DNA of 64,000 bases, from NCBI GenBank assembly GCA_965204805.1, contig OZ242013.1, positions 4,589,232 through 4,653,231 of the forward strand. The letters run 5' to 3'. Positions 1-7,792 of the stretch are shown in pieces; the stretch's first letter is position 1; every line of letters begins with the position of its first letter. Below the pieces are notes generated by a model. It saw nothing but the letters and a program-made list of their open reading frames with translations, was not told where the DNA came from and did not search any database. The position numbers were made by a program, and so were the translations under genes. The DNA comes from Dehalococcoidia bacterium (GTDB lineage: Bacteria > Chloroflexota > Dehalococcoidia > Lucifugimonadales > UBA3495).

Positions 1-1439
1 ACAAGGCTATGCCGACCAGCCTTCACTTCAAAAATTCTTTCGTTGGACTCCAATCCCCACGCGTCGCGCCCTTGCAGTTTTCCTGAGTATCCGGCCCACC
101 TGTCTTTTACGTCCACGTCTACATGGAAGTATTGTCCCGGTGCGGTGACAATCCGAAACAAGTCGATGTCACCCCGGTAGTCGATGGATCCTTGGGTTTG
201 CGATCCTACGGCAACAAGCGTGGCGTTGCCCGGGTGGTTGCCGTGGTCGTCCTCCTCATCCGGGATTTCTGCGAGGGTTATGGTCAGGCTGTAGGAGCCT
301 GTGCTCTCGTTGCCATTGTCCCCGGCCTTCACCAGAATGTGGTGGTCGCCGGATTCCCAGGCAGTCCAGAAAGAGTAAGATGCGAGGGGGTTGCCGTCGT
401 CGTTGGACGCTATCGCTGAAAGAGTTGGGTCAAGTACGGCGAAGGCGGCGCTGTCCAGCGATCCTCTATCCAGGTCAACCCGGTAGTTCTGTCCCGCCTC
501 GGCGCTAAAGCGGAACAAGTCGAGGTCGTTTGGGTGGTTGATGCGCCCTTGAATGCCCTCTCCCACGTCAATGACCGTAGCATATTCTATGAAGTCCCCA
601 TGGTCGTCATGAACAATCCGGTCGACCAGCTCGTCGTACTCCGCTTCTCCTGCCAGAGCGATACCCCCCGCCGGGAAGAGGTCGCACCCCTCGAGAAGTG
701 CCAAGACATCATCGGGCAATGCCGCCGTTGCCTCCTCCAAGGCCAGAGATGCCTCAACAAAACCCGGCCCGAAAATTTCGACGATCGTCCGGCTCATGGC
801 CTCCTCTATTAGCCCTTTTCGTTCTTCCGGTGTCTTGGTGGTGTCGTAGCCGATCTCGAAGGTGTCCTCAATTAACTGGGCAGCCGCGGTTACGTATTCT
901 TCACCAAAAGAGTCCTCGCTGGGACGGACGGCGGCCCGGTCACGGAGGGCTTCGAGAGTAGCGTAACTGGCATGGTGGAGCGCTTGTATCTCTAGTGGCA
1001 CGGCTAATTGTCCCAAAAGATCAAGGGCAACGTTTAGGCTCTTTTCGACCGACCCCCAGGTTATAAGTTCAATGTCGTCGTAATCACCCAAGATGTATTC
1101 ATCCAAGGAGACCCCAATCGTCTCGCACTCTCGCACGTAGTCGGTCACTCCCCTCTGCTCCGCTTCATCGGCGGTCCTCTGGGGAGAGGGCGTACTGGCC
1201 GGTGAAGCCACGGGCGTTGTTGGGGCAGGGTATGTGCTGGCCGGCGGGGACACGACCGTCGCCGTTGGCATACGTGTGGTTACTGGCATGGCCGCCACCG
1301 GGGTAGCCGGAGCCTCGCTTATAGCTGTGACGTCCGGCATAGTTTGAACAGTCGCCGGTGTGGGCGTTAACTCACCCCCGTTTGAGCAGCTCACCATCAA
1401 CGCCACCGTCACCGCTACGGCAATAAACAGCAGTCTCAT
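1..1439 (-). CDS. Lipoprotein with PPC (pre-peptidase C-terminal)-like repeats; partial, 3' end lies left of the window
   Basis: Absent from the ORF track because no stop is reached. Manual translation of the minus strand from ATG (1439-1437) stays open to base 1. N-terminus MRLLFIAVAVTVALMVSCSNGG is a signal peptide plus lipobox (LMVS|C). A Pro/Thr/Ala-rich linker follows, then two repeats of DDHG(D/N)..A..I..G....G.I....D.DLFR(F/I)....G..Y.VD, a PPC-like signature. Confidence 0.7.
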   Translation of the reverse strand, partial: MRLLFIAVAVTVALMVSCSNGGELTPTPATVQTMPDVTAISEAPATPVAAMPVTTRMPTATVVSPPASTYPAPTTPVASPASTPSPQRTADEAEQRGVTDYVRECETIGVSLDEYILGDYDDIELITWGSVEKSLNVALDLLGQLAVPLEIQALHHASYATLEALRDRAAVRPSEDSFGEEYVTAAAQLIEDTFEIGYDTTKTPEERKGLIEEAMSRTIVEIFGPGFVEASLALEEATAALPDDVLALLEGCDLFPAGGIALAGEAEYDELVDRIVHDDHGDFIEYATVIDVGEGIQGRINHPNDLDLFRFSAEAGQNYRVDLDRGSLDSAAFAVLDPTLSAIASNDDGNPLASYSFWTAWESGDHHILVKAGDNGNESTGSYSLTITLAEIPDEEDDHGNHPGNATLVAVGSQTQGSIDYRGDIDLFRIVTAPGQYFHVDVDVKDRWAGYSGKLQGRDAWGLESNERIFEVKAGRHSL

Positions 1440-1814
1440 TACAAGCGTCCCGCTGCCCAGGACCGCCTTCTGGTTAAGCAAGGAGATGTCTCGACCGCGT
1501 TCGGATTGCTCTTGCCGCGCTGGACGCGGCCCGCAGGGTGGGATCTCCCCTTACCGGGCTGCCCGTCGAACCGTCCAGCGCCGCCAGTTCGTTTTGAGAT
1601 ATATCCGGCCGGTCCAGCAGTTCCACACGGCGGCAGCATTCAGGATGACGCGAGTGGGCAGTCGCGTGTTTTTCGTCTGGCCCGTTTCCTTCGCACACCA
1701 TCTATGCTCCCCATGTCCGTTTCCGTCTTCGCCCTGGCCGGGCCACGCAGACGGACTTCCTTGTTGCCCGAACATACCCTCTCCCACCATCCGCCCATGC
1801 CCGGCCAAGGAGCC

Positions 1815-1845
1815 GGTAACGGCCCCACGTCGAGGGGCCGTTGCC
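1815..1845 (-). terminator. Hairpin terminator candidate downstream of giant gene A
   Basis: 12-bp GC-rich stem (ggtaacggcccc / ggggccgttgcc, one G-U pair) with a 7-nt loop, about 30 nt after the TGA stop at 1876-1878. The trailing U-tract on the minus strand is weak. Confidence 0.45.
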
Positions 1846-1875
1846 ATCCATTGCCGCCGAAACCGGCGGCGTTGG

Positions 1876-4800
1876 TCAGTCGCCGCTGAGTTCGGCTACC
1901 TTCTCCTTCAGCCAGCGCAAACCGCCGTTGTTCACCTTCGTCTCGGACACCCAGTCCTCGTCGGTGGGGTCACCCAGGAAGAACCGGGGTATCACCGAGC
2001 CCGTCACCCCGGCCAGCCGGTCCACGTCGTCCTGCACGTCGCCCTTGACCTCGCTGTACTTGATTCCGGCGTCCTTCAGCAGCTTCACCCCTTGGTTGTA
2101 GCGGTCCACCGCGTCGTCTCCCGCGTCGGGGTCGTGGTAGATCACGAAGGAGACGGCGGGTTCACTGGCCGGAGTGTTGGCTGCCGCTACCGCGGCGGTG
2201 GCGGCGCTGGTCAGGGTCTCGGCGTTTCCAGCGTCGTCGGTGAAGGACACCGTTACCTTGATGGCCTTGCCCACATCGGCAGCGACTGGCGTGTAGCTGG
2301 AACCCGTGGCCCCCGATATATTCGCCCCGTCGGCCAGCCACTGGTAGCTGAAGCTGGCGTTGGCCAGCCCGTCGGCGTCGCTGATGCCCGAGGTGGCCAA
2401 CGTCAGTGTCTCTCCCACCTGCGCCGTGCCGCTGATGGTCGGGGCACCAGAGGCAGGGCTGTTGGCCAGCGGTTCCTGGGCCGGGGCCGCATTGGTGGTC
2501 CCGCTGCCCTCGGCCGAGTCGCCTTTGGCTTCTAATCCGGCGATGGTGTGGCGAGCCGTTACCTTGACCGTGTAGGCCGTCTCCGCCACCAGCCCCGTGA
2601 TCCGCTCGCTGGTGGCCGTGGCGTCGGAGCGGGTGACGGCGGTGTAGCTGCTGCTCCCCGTCTTCCACTCCACCACGTAGCCCACGGCTCCAGAGACCGC
2701 CGGCCAGGATACGTCCAAGCTGTCGCTGCTGTCGGCTACCGCCGAGACGGTGACGGCCCCCATGGCGGCCAGGGTGGTCCCGCTGGCCTCGCCCACCGCC
2801 AGTTCCGCGTCCGGGTCCGCCTCGGTGTCGATGGCCGTTACCTGGACGGTGTAGGCGGTATCTGCCGTCAGGCCGGTGACGGTGTGGCTGGTATTGGTCG
2901 CTCCCTCTCCGATGTTGTAGGAACCGGAACCGGTCTTCCACCGGACCAGGTACCGGTCGGCGTCGGTCACCGCCTTCCAGGACACTGCCAGCCTGGTGGT
3001 CTCACCGCTTACCGGATTGACCGTCAGCCCTTCCATCTCCGCCGGTTCCGCCGGCGCATAGGCCGTAGCGCCGCTCATTTCGGAGGTCTTCTCCCTGAGC
3101 CACCGCAGGCCGCCGTTGTTCTCTCCCGGCTGGGACACCCAGCCTTCTTCAGTGGGGTCTCCCAGGAAGAACCGGGGCAGGACCGAGTCGATCACCCCGG
3201 CCAGCCGGTCAACGTCATCTTGCACGGCGCCCCTGACCACCGTGTACTCGATCTCGGCGTCTATCAGCAGCTTGACCGCCTGGTTGTAGCGGTCCACCGC
3301 CGCATCTCCGGCGTTGGGGTCGTGGTAGACCACGAAGGAAACGGCGGGAGTCTCATCCGACTGCTGCTGGTCCGTGGTGCCGCTGGCCGTACCCTCGGCC
3401 AGCAGGCTGTTCTCCGCGTCCAGGGCGGCGACGTTGACGGTGTAGGTGGTGTTCGGGGACAGGCCCGTGATGGTGTAGCTGTTGGTGGTGGCCTGCTGGG
3501 CGTCGCCGTAGTCCCCGGCGCCGGTCTTCCAGCGCACGTCGTACCGCGCCGCGCCCTGCACCTCGTCCCAGTTCACGGCCAGCTGGCTGGGCTGGCCCGA
3601 AACGGAGGTAACGGTCAGGCCGGCCAGCGCCGCCGTTCCCACGCCTTCCGGCGGGCTCTGGCCTTGCCCGGTTTCGTTCGGCGCGTTGGTTGTGCCGCTG
3701 GCCTCGGCGGAGTCGCCGTCTTCGTGGTTGCCTAGCCAGTTGCTCAGCACGGTGACCTTGACCGTGTACGCCGTTTCGGCTTCGAGGCCGGTGACCTGGT
3801 AGGCGGTGGTGCCGCTGGAAACGGTCGCCGAGTTCGTGTCGGTGTAGTCCCCGGCGCCGGTCTTCCACTCCACCCGGTAGCCCCTGACCGTATAGCCGTC
3901 GGAGCGAAGCGTCGGTGCCGTCCACCGCACGTTCAGCTTGGTGGTCTCGCGGTCCGCCGCCGAAACGGACAGCCCGGTGATCTCCCCGAAAGTCGCGCCG
4001 TAGCTGGCGTGGGAGAGGCCGTCGGGCGCAGACGCGGAACCGGCGGCGGTATATGCGATGACCCTGGCCTCGTACTCCGTATTGGGCTGCAGGCCGGTCA
4101 CCCGCAGGACAGGCGACTTCAGCGGCTCGCCCGTGTAGTAGGGGAGGGTGTAGGTCCGGTAGGTCGTCATGTTGTCGGCGGTCACCGTGCGGCGGCTACT
4201 TGTCCCGCAGGTGTCGAAGGTGACCGGCTTCAACTCGATCACGTAGCCGGCCGCGGTGCTCACCGTCTCCCACTCGACGTCCGCGGCCCGGGCGTCGCCC
4301 GCGACGGGATCCAGGTACACCACGCCGGGCCAGCCGTGTAGCGTCACCGTCGCCTCCTGGGCGTGGCCGTCGCTCGCGCCGCCCTGTTGGGTCAGCCTGA
4401 CCGTGTGCACGCCCAGAGCCAGACCACTGACCTCATGGGAGGAAACCTCAGACCCAGCCGTGTGGCTGCGCTCCAAGGTGCTGTACGACTGCGCCCCGGT
4501 CTTCCATTGCACCAGGTAGCCAGTCACTCCCGGCTCCGTCGAGGGCGTCCACAACACCCTCAGCACGTCATCGAACAGCGAATGCTGCCTCGGTGCCAAC
4601 TGGGCGTTGGCGACACCGTTGACGCTGAACAACACGTTGGAGGATGGCTCAGCAGGCCACGAGCCCCCATGCCGTCTGTGGTTAACCGAGTAGCGTTGGA
4701 TGCGGCGGCCGTCGGCGATGGACCAGCCAGCCGCGCCGGTCTCGGCGTGCGAAAGAGTAAGTCTGACGCCGTTTCGGTGGGTGTAGGCACGGCAGACGAC

Positions 4801-7101
4801 GTCGATGATGACGTAGTAGGTGGTGTCCGGTTCCAGGTGGAGGCCGGGGTGGGTGAAGGTGTTGCCGCCGCTGCTCAGCGTGTCCGGGTTGGTCAATATG
4901 GCCAGCGCTTTCCCCGGCCTACCGCCGAGTGTGCTCTCGGCGGCGATGAAGACCTCCAGGCCGTCCGAGCGGGTGCCGGCAGGGATTCCCCGGAGAATGA
5001 GATCGACGCTGGTCAGCGTGTAGCCGGTGGCGTTGCCGCCGGTCGTGAAGCCCTGGGCGGCGTCGGCCCCGCCCAACGTCTCGTAGTTGCGCCGGGCATT
5101 GCCCGTGTTGCTGACCAGCACCCCAGGCGACGCCGACGGCGCGTTGGTCGTGCCGCTGCCCTCGGCGGAGTCGCCGTCGGCGGCCTGGCCGTCGATGCTG
5201 ACCCGGGCTGTTACCCTCACCGTGTAGACGGTGCTGGCGCTCAGGCCGGAGATCCGGGCCGAGGTGACGTTTGCCGCCGTGGTGTGCCTGCGCTCAGTAT
5301 CCGAAAACTCCTCGCCGCCGGTCTTCCACTGCACCAGGTAGCCGGTCTCCCCGTTGATGTCCGCCCAGGAGGGGCTCAGCTCGGTCGAGCTGCCGGCCAC
5401 CGCCGAGACGCTGATGGCGCCCATCTCGTCCGGCGTGGTGGCGACTGCCTGGTCCGACGCCAGGTCCGCGTCGGGGTCGGCGTCGGTGTCGACGGCGGTG
5501 ACCTGGACGGTGTAGGTCGTGTCCGCAGTCAGCCCGGTGATGGTGTGGCTGTTGGTGGTCACCGTCGTGCCGGAGGAGTAGGCGCTGGTGGCGGTCTTGT
5601 GCTGCACCCGGTACTGCTCCGCCCCCCCTTGCGCCGTCCACGACACCGCCAGCTCCGTGGTCTTGCCCGCCACCGGCTTGACGGTCAGCCCGGCCAGGTC
5701 CGCCAACGTGCCGTTGATGCGCATCACCAGGCTGGAGGCGCCCGAGGAGTATGTGCCCGTGGAGTTGTACGTCCGGTAGTGGCCGTCGTTGCCGATGGTC
5801 CAGCCCACCGTGCTGTCCTCGTCATTCGACGAGGTGGTGCGAACGTAGGTCCTGTAGGCAGTGCCGGTGGCGCTGACGTCGATGACCACGAAGTAGCTGG
5901 TGGAGGAGGCCAGCGCCAGGCCCGTGTGGGTGAATCTGTTGAGTCCGGTGGCCAGGGCCGGCGGCGCGGTGAGCGTGGCCAGGCTGTCGCCCGGCTGGCC
6001 GTTGCTGTCAGCGTGGACGGCGACGGTGAACGTCGGTGCGGTGCCGGTGGCTTCTCTCACCATGTCCAGGTCGACGCTGGTCAGGATGTAGCCGCCCCCG
6101 CCCGTCGTGAACCCCTGGGCATTGTCGTTGGAGAGTTGTATGTCCTGGGCGGTCTCGTCGGTGTTGGAGACCAGGGCCACCGAAGGGGTGGTGACGGTGC
6201 CGTTGATGCGCATCACCAGGCTCGCTGGGTCCGAGGAGTATGAGTCCAGGGAGCCGAAGGAGCGGTAGTGGCCATCGTCGCCGATGGTCCAGCCCGCCGT
6301 GCCGTCCTCCTCATCGGACCTGATGAAATTGACGAAGGTCGCAAAGGCGGTACCCCGGGCGCTGACGTCGATGACCACGAAGTAGCTGGTGGCGGGGGCC
6401 AGCCCCACGCCCGTGTGGGTGAACGTGTTGATCCCTTCAGCGATGGTCTCCGGCGCGGTGAGCGTGGCCAGTTTGCTGCCCGGCTGGCCGTTGCTGTCGG
6501 CGTGGATGGCGACGGTGAACGTCGGCGCGGTGCCCGGGTCCTTACCCATCGGCAACTCGACGCTGGTCACGATGTAGCCGCCGGCGCCCGTCGTGAACCC
6601 CTGGGCGCGGTCCTGGTTGTGCTCGAAGCTCTGGGGACTGCCCTTGCCGATGTTGGAGACCAGCACCTGTTCCTGCACAGGGGGTGCTTCGAGCACCACG
6701 ATGGCGATGTCGAACTTGGCCGTGTCGCCGTCGGCGTCGGTCACGGTGTACTTGTACCCGGTCAGGGCCTGCGCCCTCGTGGGGACGCCGGTCAGCTTGC
6801 GCGTCGACGCGTTGAAGGTCACCCCGGCGGGCAGCGTCGCGCCTTGCTCCGGCGTCAGGCTGTAGGTCAGCGTCCCGTCGCCGGTGGCTGCGGGGAGGGT
6901 GACGTCGACCGCAACGCCGACCGTGTACTCCTGGACCAGGTCGAGCACGGTGAACGTGCCGTCATGCACCCACTTCGGCCTGGTGTCCGCCTGGGCGGAG
7001 GCGTGGTCGGGCGAGCCGACAACCAGCAGGGCAACCAGGATGCCCAGGGCAAAGAGGACTCCCCGGTGCAGGATGAAGCGCGGCGGGCGCGACATGCTCA
7101 T
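1876..7101 (-). CDS. Giant secreted surface protein A (1741 aa): signal-anchor, cadherin-like Ig domain, 3x LVSN module, many FN3 repeats, internal plus C-terminal Grx-like domain
   Basis: Uninterrupted 1741-codon ORF with RBS caGGAGGtgagacctcATG. N-terminus MSMSRPPRFILHRGVLFALGILVALLVVGSPDHASAQA. One LPAATGDGTLTYSL..LPAGVTF..TGVPT Ig-like domain. Three ~150-aa modules (LVSN..AQGFTTG..GY.LTSV.L..FTVA.HADSNGQPG..LATLT.P....G.N.FTH.GL.L...T.YFVVIDV..GW.I). Numerous FN3-like units (L.VSW....GA..Y.V.WKTG...Y......T..T..ITGL...T.YTV.V.A). One PTISGTAQVGETLT..YQWLADG..I.GAT Ig-like repeat. The ~92-aa domain VSFV(I/V)YHDP.AGD.AVDRYNQ..KLL.DA.I.Y..V.G.VQDDVDRLAGV..SV.PRFFLGDPT.E.WVS......NNGGLRWL.EK occurs twice: internally at ~3070-3348 and at the C-terminus at 1876-2154. 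Confidence 0.9.
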   Translation of the reverse strand: MSMSRPPRFILHRGVLFALGILVALLVVGSPDHASAQADTRPKWVHDGTFTVLDLVQEYTVGVAVDVTLPAATGDGTLTYSLTPEQGATLPAGVTFNASTRKLTGVPTRAQALTGYKYTVTDADGDTAKFDIAIVVLEAPPVQEQVLVSNIGKGSPQSFEHNQDRAQGFTTGAGGYIVTSVELPMGKDPGTAPTFTVAIHADSNGQPGSKLATLTAPETIAEGINTFTHTGVGLAPATSYFVVIDVSARGTAFATFVNFIRSDEEDGTAGWTIGDDGHYRSFGSLDSYSSDPASLVMRINGTVTTPSVALVSNTDETAQDIQLSNDNAQGFTTGGGGYILTSVDLDMVREATGTAPTFTVAVHADSNGQPGDSLATLTAPPALATGLNRFTHTGLALASSTSYFVVIDVSATGTAYRTYVRTTSSNDEDSTVGWTIGNDGHYRTYNSTGTYSSGASSLVMRINGTLADLAGLTVKPVAGKTTELAVSWTAQGGAEQYRVQHKTATSAYSSGTTVTTNSHTITGLTADTTYTVQVTAVDTDADPDADLASDQAVATTPDEMGAISVSAVAGSSTELSPSWADINGETGYLVQWKTGGEEFSDTERRHTTAANVTSARISGLSASTVYTVRVTARVSIDGQAADGDSAEGSGTTNAPSASPGVLVSNTGNARRNYETLGGADAAQGFTTGGNATGYTLTSVDLILRGIPAGTRSDGLEVFIAAESTLGGRPGKALAILTNPDTLSSGGNTFTHPGLHLEPDTTYYVIIDVVCRAYTHRNGVRLTLSHAETGAAGWSIADGRRIQRYSVNHRRHGGSWPAEPSSNVLFSVNGVANAQLAPRQHSLFDDVLRVLWTPSTEPGVTGYLVQWKTGAQSYSTLERSHTAGSEVSSHEVSGLALGVHTVRLTQQGGASDGHAQEATVTLHGWPGVVYLDPVAGDARAADVEWETVSTAAGYVIELKPVTFDTCGTSSRRTVTADNMTTYRTYTLPYYTGEPLKSPVLRVTGLQPNTEYEARVIAYTAAGSASAPDGLSHASYGATFGEITGLSVSAADRETTKLNVRWTAPTLRSDGYTVRGYRVEWKTGAGDYTDTNSATVSSGTTAYQVTGLEAETAYTVKVTVLSNWLGNHEDGDSAEASGTTNAPNETGQGQSPPEGVGTAALAGLTVTSVSGQPSQLAVNWDEVQGAARYDVRWKTGAGDYGDAQQATTNSYTITGLSPNTTYTVNVAALDAENSLLAEGTASGTTDQQQSDETPAVSFVVYHDPNAGDAAVDRYNQAVKLLIDAEIEYTVVRGAVQDDVDRLAGVIDSVLPRFFLGDPTEEGWVSQPGENNGGLRWLREKTSEMSGATAYAPAEPAEMEGLTVNPVSGETTRLAVSWKAVTDADRYLVRWKTGSGSYNIGEGATNTSHTVTGLTADTAYTVQVTAIDTEADPDAELAVGEASGTTLAAMGAVTVSAVADSSDSLDVSWPAVSGAVGYVVEWKTGSSSYTAVTRSDATATSERITGLVAETAYTVKVTARHTIAGLEAKGDSAEGSGTTNAAPAQEPLANSPASGAPTISGTAQVGETLTLATSGISDADGLANASFSYQWLADGANISGATGSSYTPVAADVGKAIKVTVSFTDDAGNAETLTSAATAAVAAANTPASEPAVSFVIYHDPDAGDDAVDRYNQGVKLLKDAGIKYSEVKGDVQDDVDRLAGVTGSVIPRFFLGDPTDEDWVSETKVNNGGLRWLKEKVAELSGD

Positions 7102-7498
7102 GAGGTCTCACCTCCTGTCAGGGCACTGCTGGCGACAACTGGACGAGGGCGCGGGTAAACGGCAACCGCGCCACCGTCTTTGGACGGAGCGCGCTGAAAA
7201 GAGAACGCCGCGCGGTAAACTGACGGCGCGGCGGGATTATCCGGTGAGGCGGGTTTCCACCGGGCGGGGAACGCCGGCGAATGCTGGTTGATGGGCCGGT
7301 TCCCACCGGAACCGGAGGGTCCGGAGTGAGAGTGAAGTGCTCTGTCATTACACACCCTGTTCTAGCCGGAACGAGGGGGGGCTGACAGGGGTATGCTGAA
7401 ATGCAACCGGCGCGCCCCGAGGCGGTGGCGATTACGGCAAACGGCCCTGTTTCCGGCCTGAAGACAGCCAAGTTAATACAGCCAACTCTCCCGGTGGG
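7102..7498 (-). promoter_or_regulatory. Conserved ~400-nt 5' leader of gene A (copy 1 of 3): riboswitch/attenuator-like, class unrecognised
   Basis: Alignable with 12762-13195 and 27452-27909. The conserved core (~7251-7375) reads, in RNA sense, GGGUG.GUAAUG..A.AGCAC....C.U.ACUC-hairpin-GGUUCCGG.GGGA...CCA.CA.UCGCCGG.C.U.CCCGCCCGG.GGA. It is followed by an internal intrinsic terminator (7205-7243) and then ~100 nt to the RBS. Confidence 0.55.
7205..7243 (-). terminator. Intrinsic terminator inside the leader of gene A (attenuator candidate)
   Basis: RNA sense: CGCCGCGC-cgucaguuuac-GCGCGGCG followed by UUCUCUUUUC. It lies ~105 nt upstream of the ATG at 7101. The same hairpin, with compensatory changes, occurs in the other two leader copies. 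Confidence 0.6.
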
Positions 7499-7610
7499 CA
7501 GAATCTGAGAATATATTAGACACTCCCCATGAAATTGATATAGCAATATCGTGTAATCACTCTTTCATTTTGCGTGTCAATCTTTGTGTCAACCGGCTCT
7601 AGGGTATAAT
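7499..7610. promoter_or_regulatory. Conserved AT-rich divergent promoter block (copy 1 of 3)
   Basis: Near-identical ~60-bp block cagaatctgagaatatattagacactccccatgaaattgatatagcaatatcgtgtaatcac. On the minus strand this reads ..TAATATATT.., a likely -10 region for the leader. It is followed by the direct repeat GTGTCAA-N5-GTGTCAA and a perfect plus-strand TATAAT at 7605-7610. All elements are conserved at 13196-13309 and 27910-28023. Confidence 0.5.
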
Positions 7611-7733
7611 GGGTTCCGGTTTGGGCTCCCGCAGGTAGGATGACGCGCTTGGGCGGTCGCCTCAGTCCCGACCGGTGGGCCGATGTACCGCCATATCCGG
7701 CATCGGGTGACGGCGGCCGGCAACCAAAGCTGA

Positions 7734-7759
7734 GACGGCTCCCGCGTGCGGGAGCCGTC
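7734..7759 (-). terminator. Hairpin terminator after giant gene B (potentially bidirectional)
   Basis: Perfect inverted repeat gacggctcccgc-gt-gcgggagccgtc, 34 nt downstream of the TGA at 7793-7795. On the minus strand it is followed by UCUCAGCUUUGG. Confidence 0.55.
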
Positions 7760-7792
7760 CTCATCCCTTGGTCCTATCTCCGTCAGCGTTGG

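Noticed and set aside
4363-6243. Very long plus-strand ORFs antisense to the giant genes, e.g. 4363-6243 (626 aa), 13429-15666 (745 aa), 18727-20232 (501 aa), 1360-2535 and 25518-26672.
   Set aside because: Their translations are low-complexity, Arg/Gly/Ala/Pro-rich strings with no motifs. The opposite strand encodes coherent FN3/Ig repeats and conserved domains. Such shadow ORFs are expected in high-GC DNA, where stop codons are rare.
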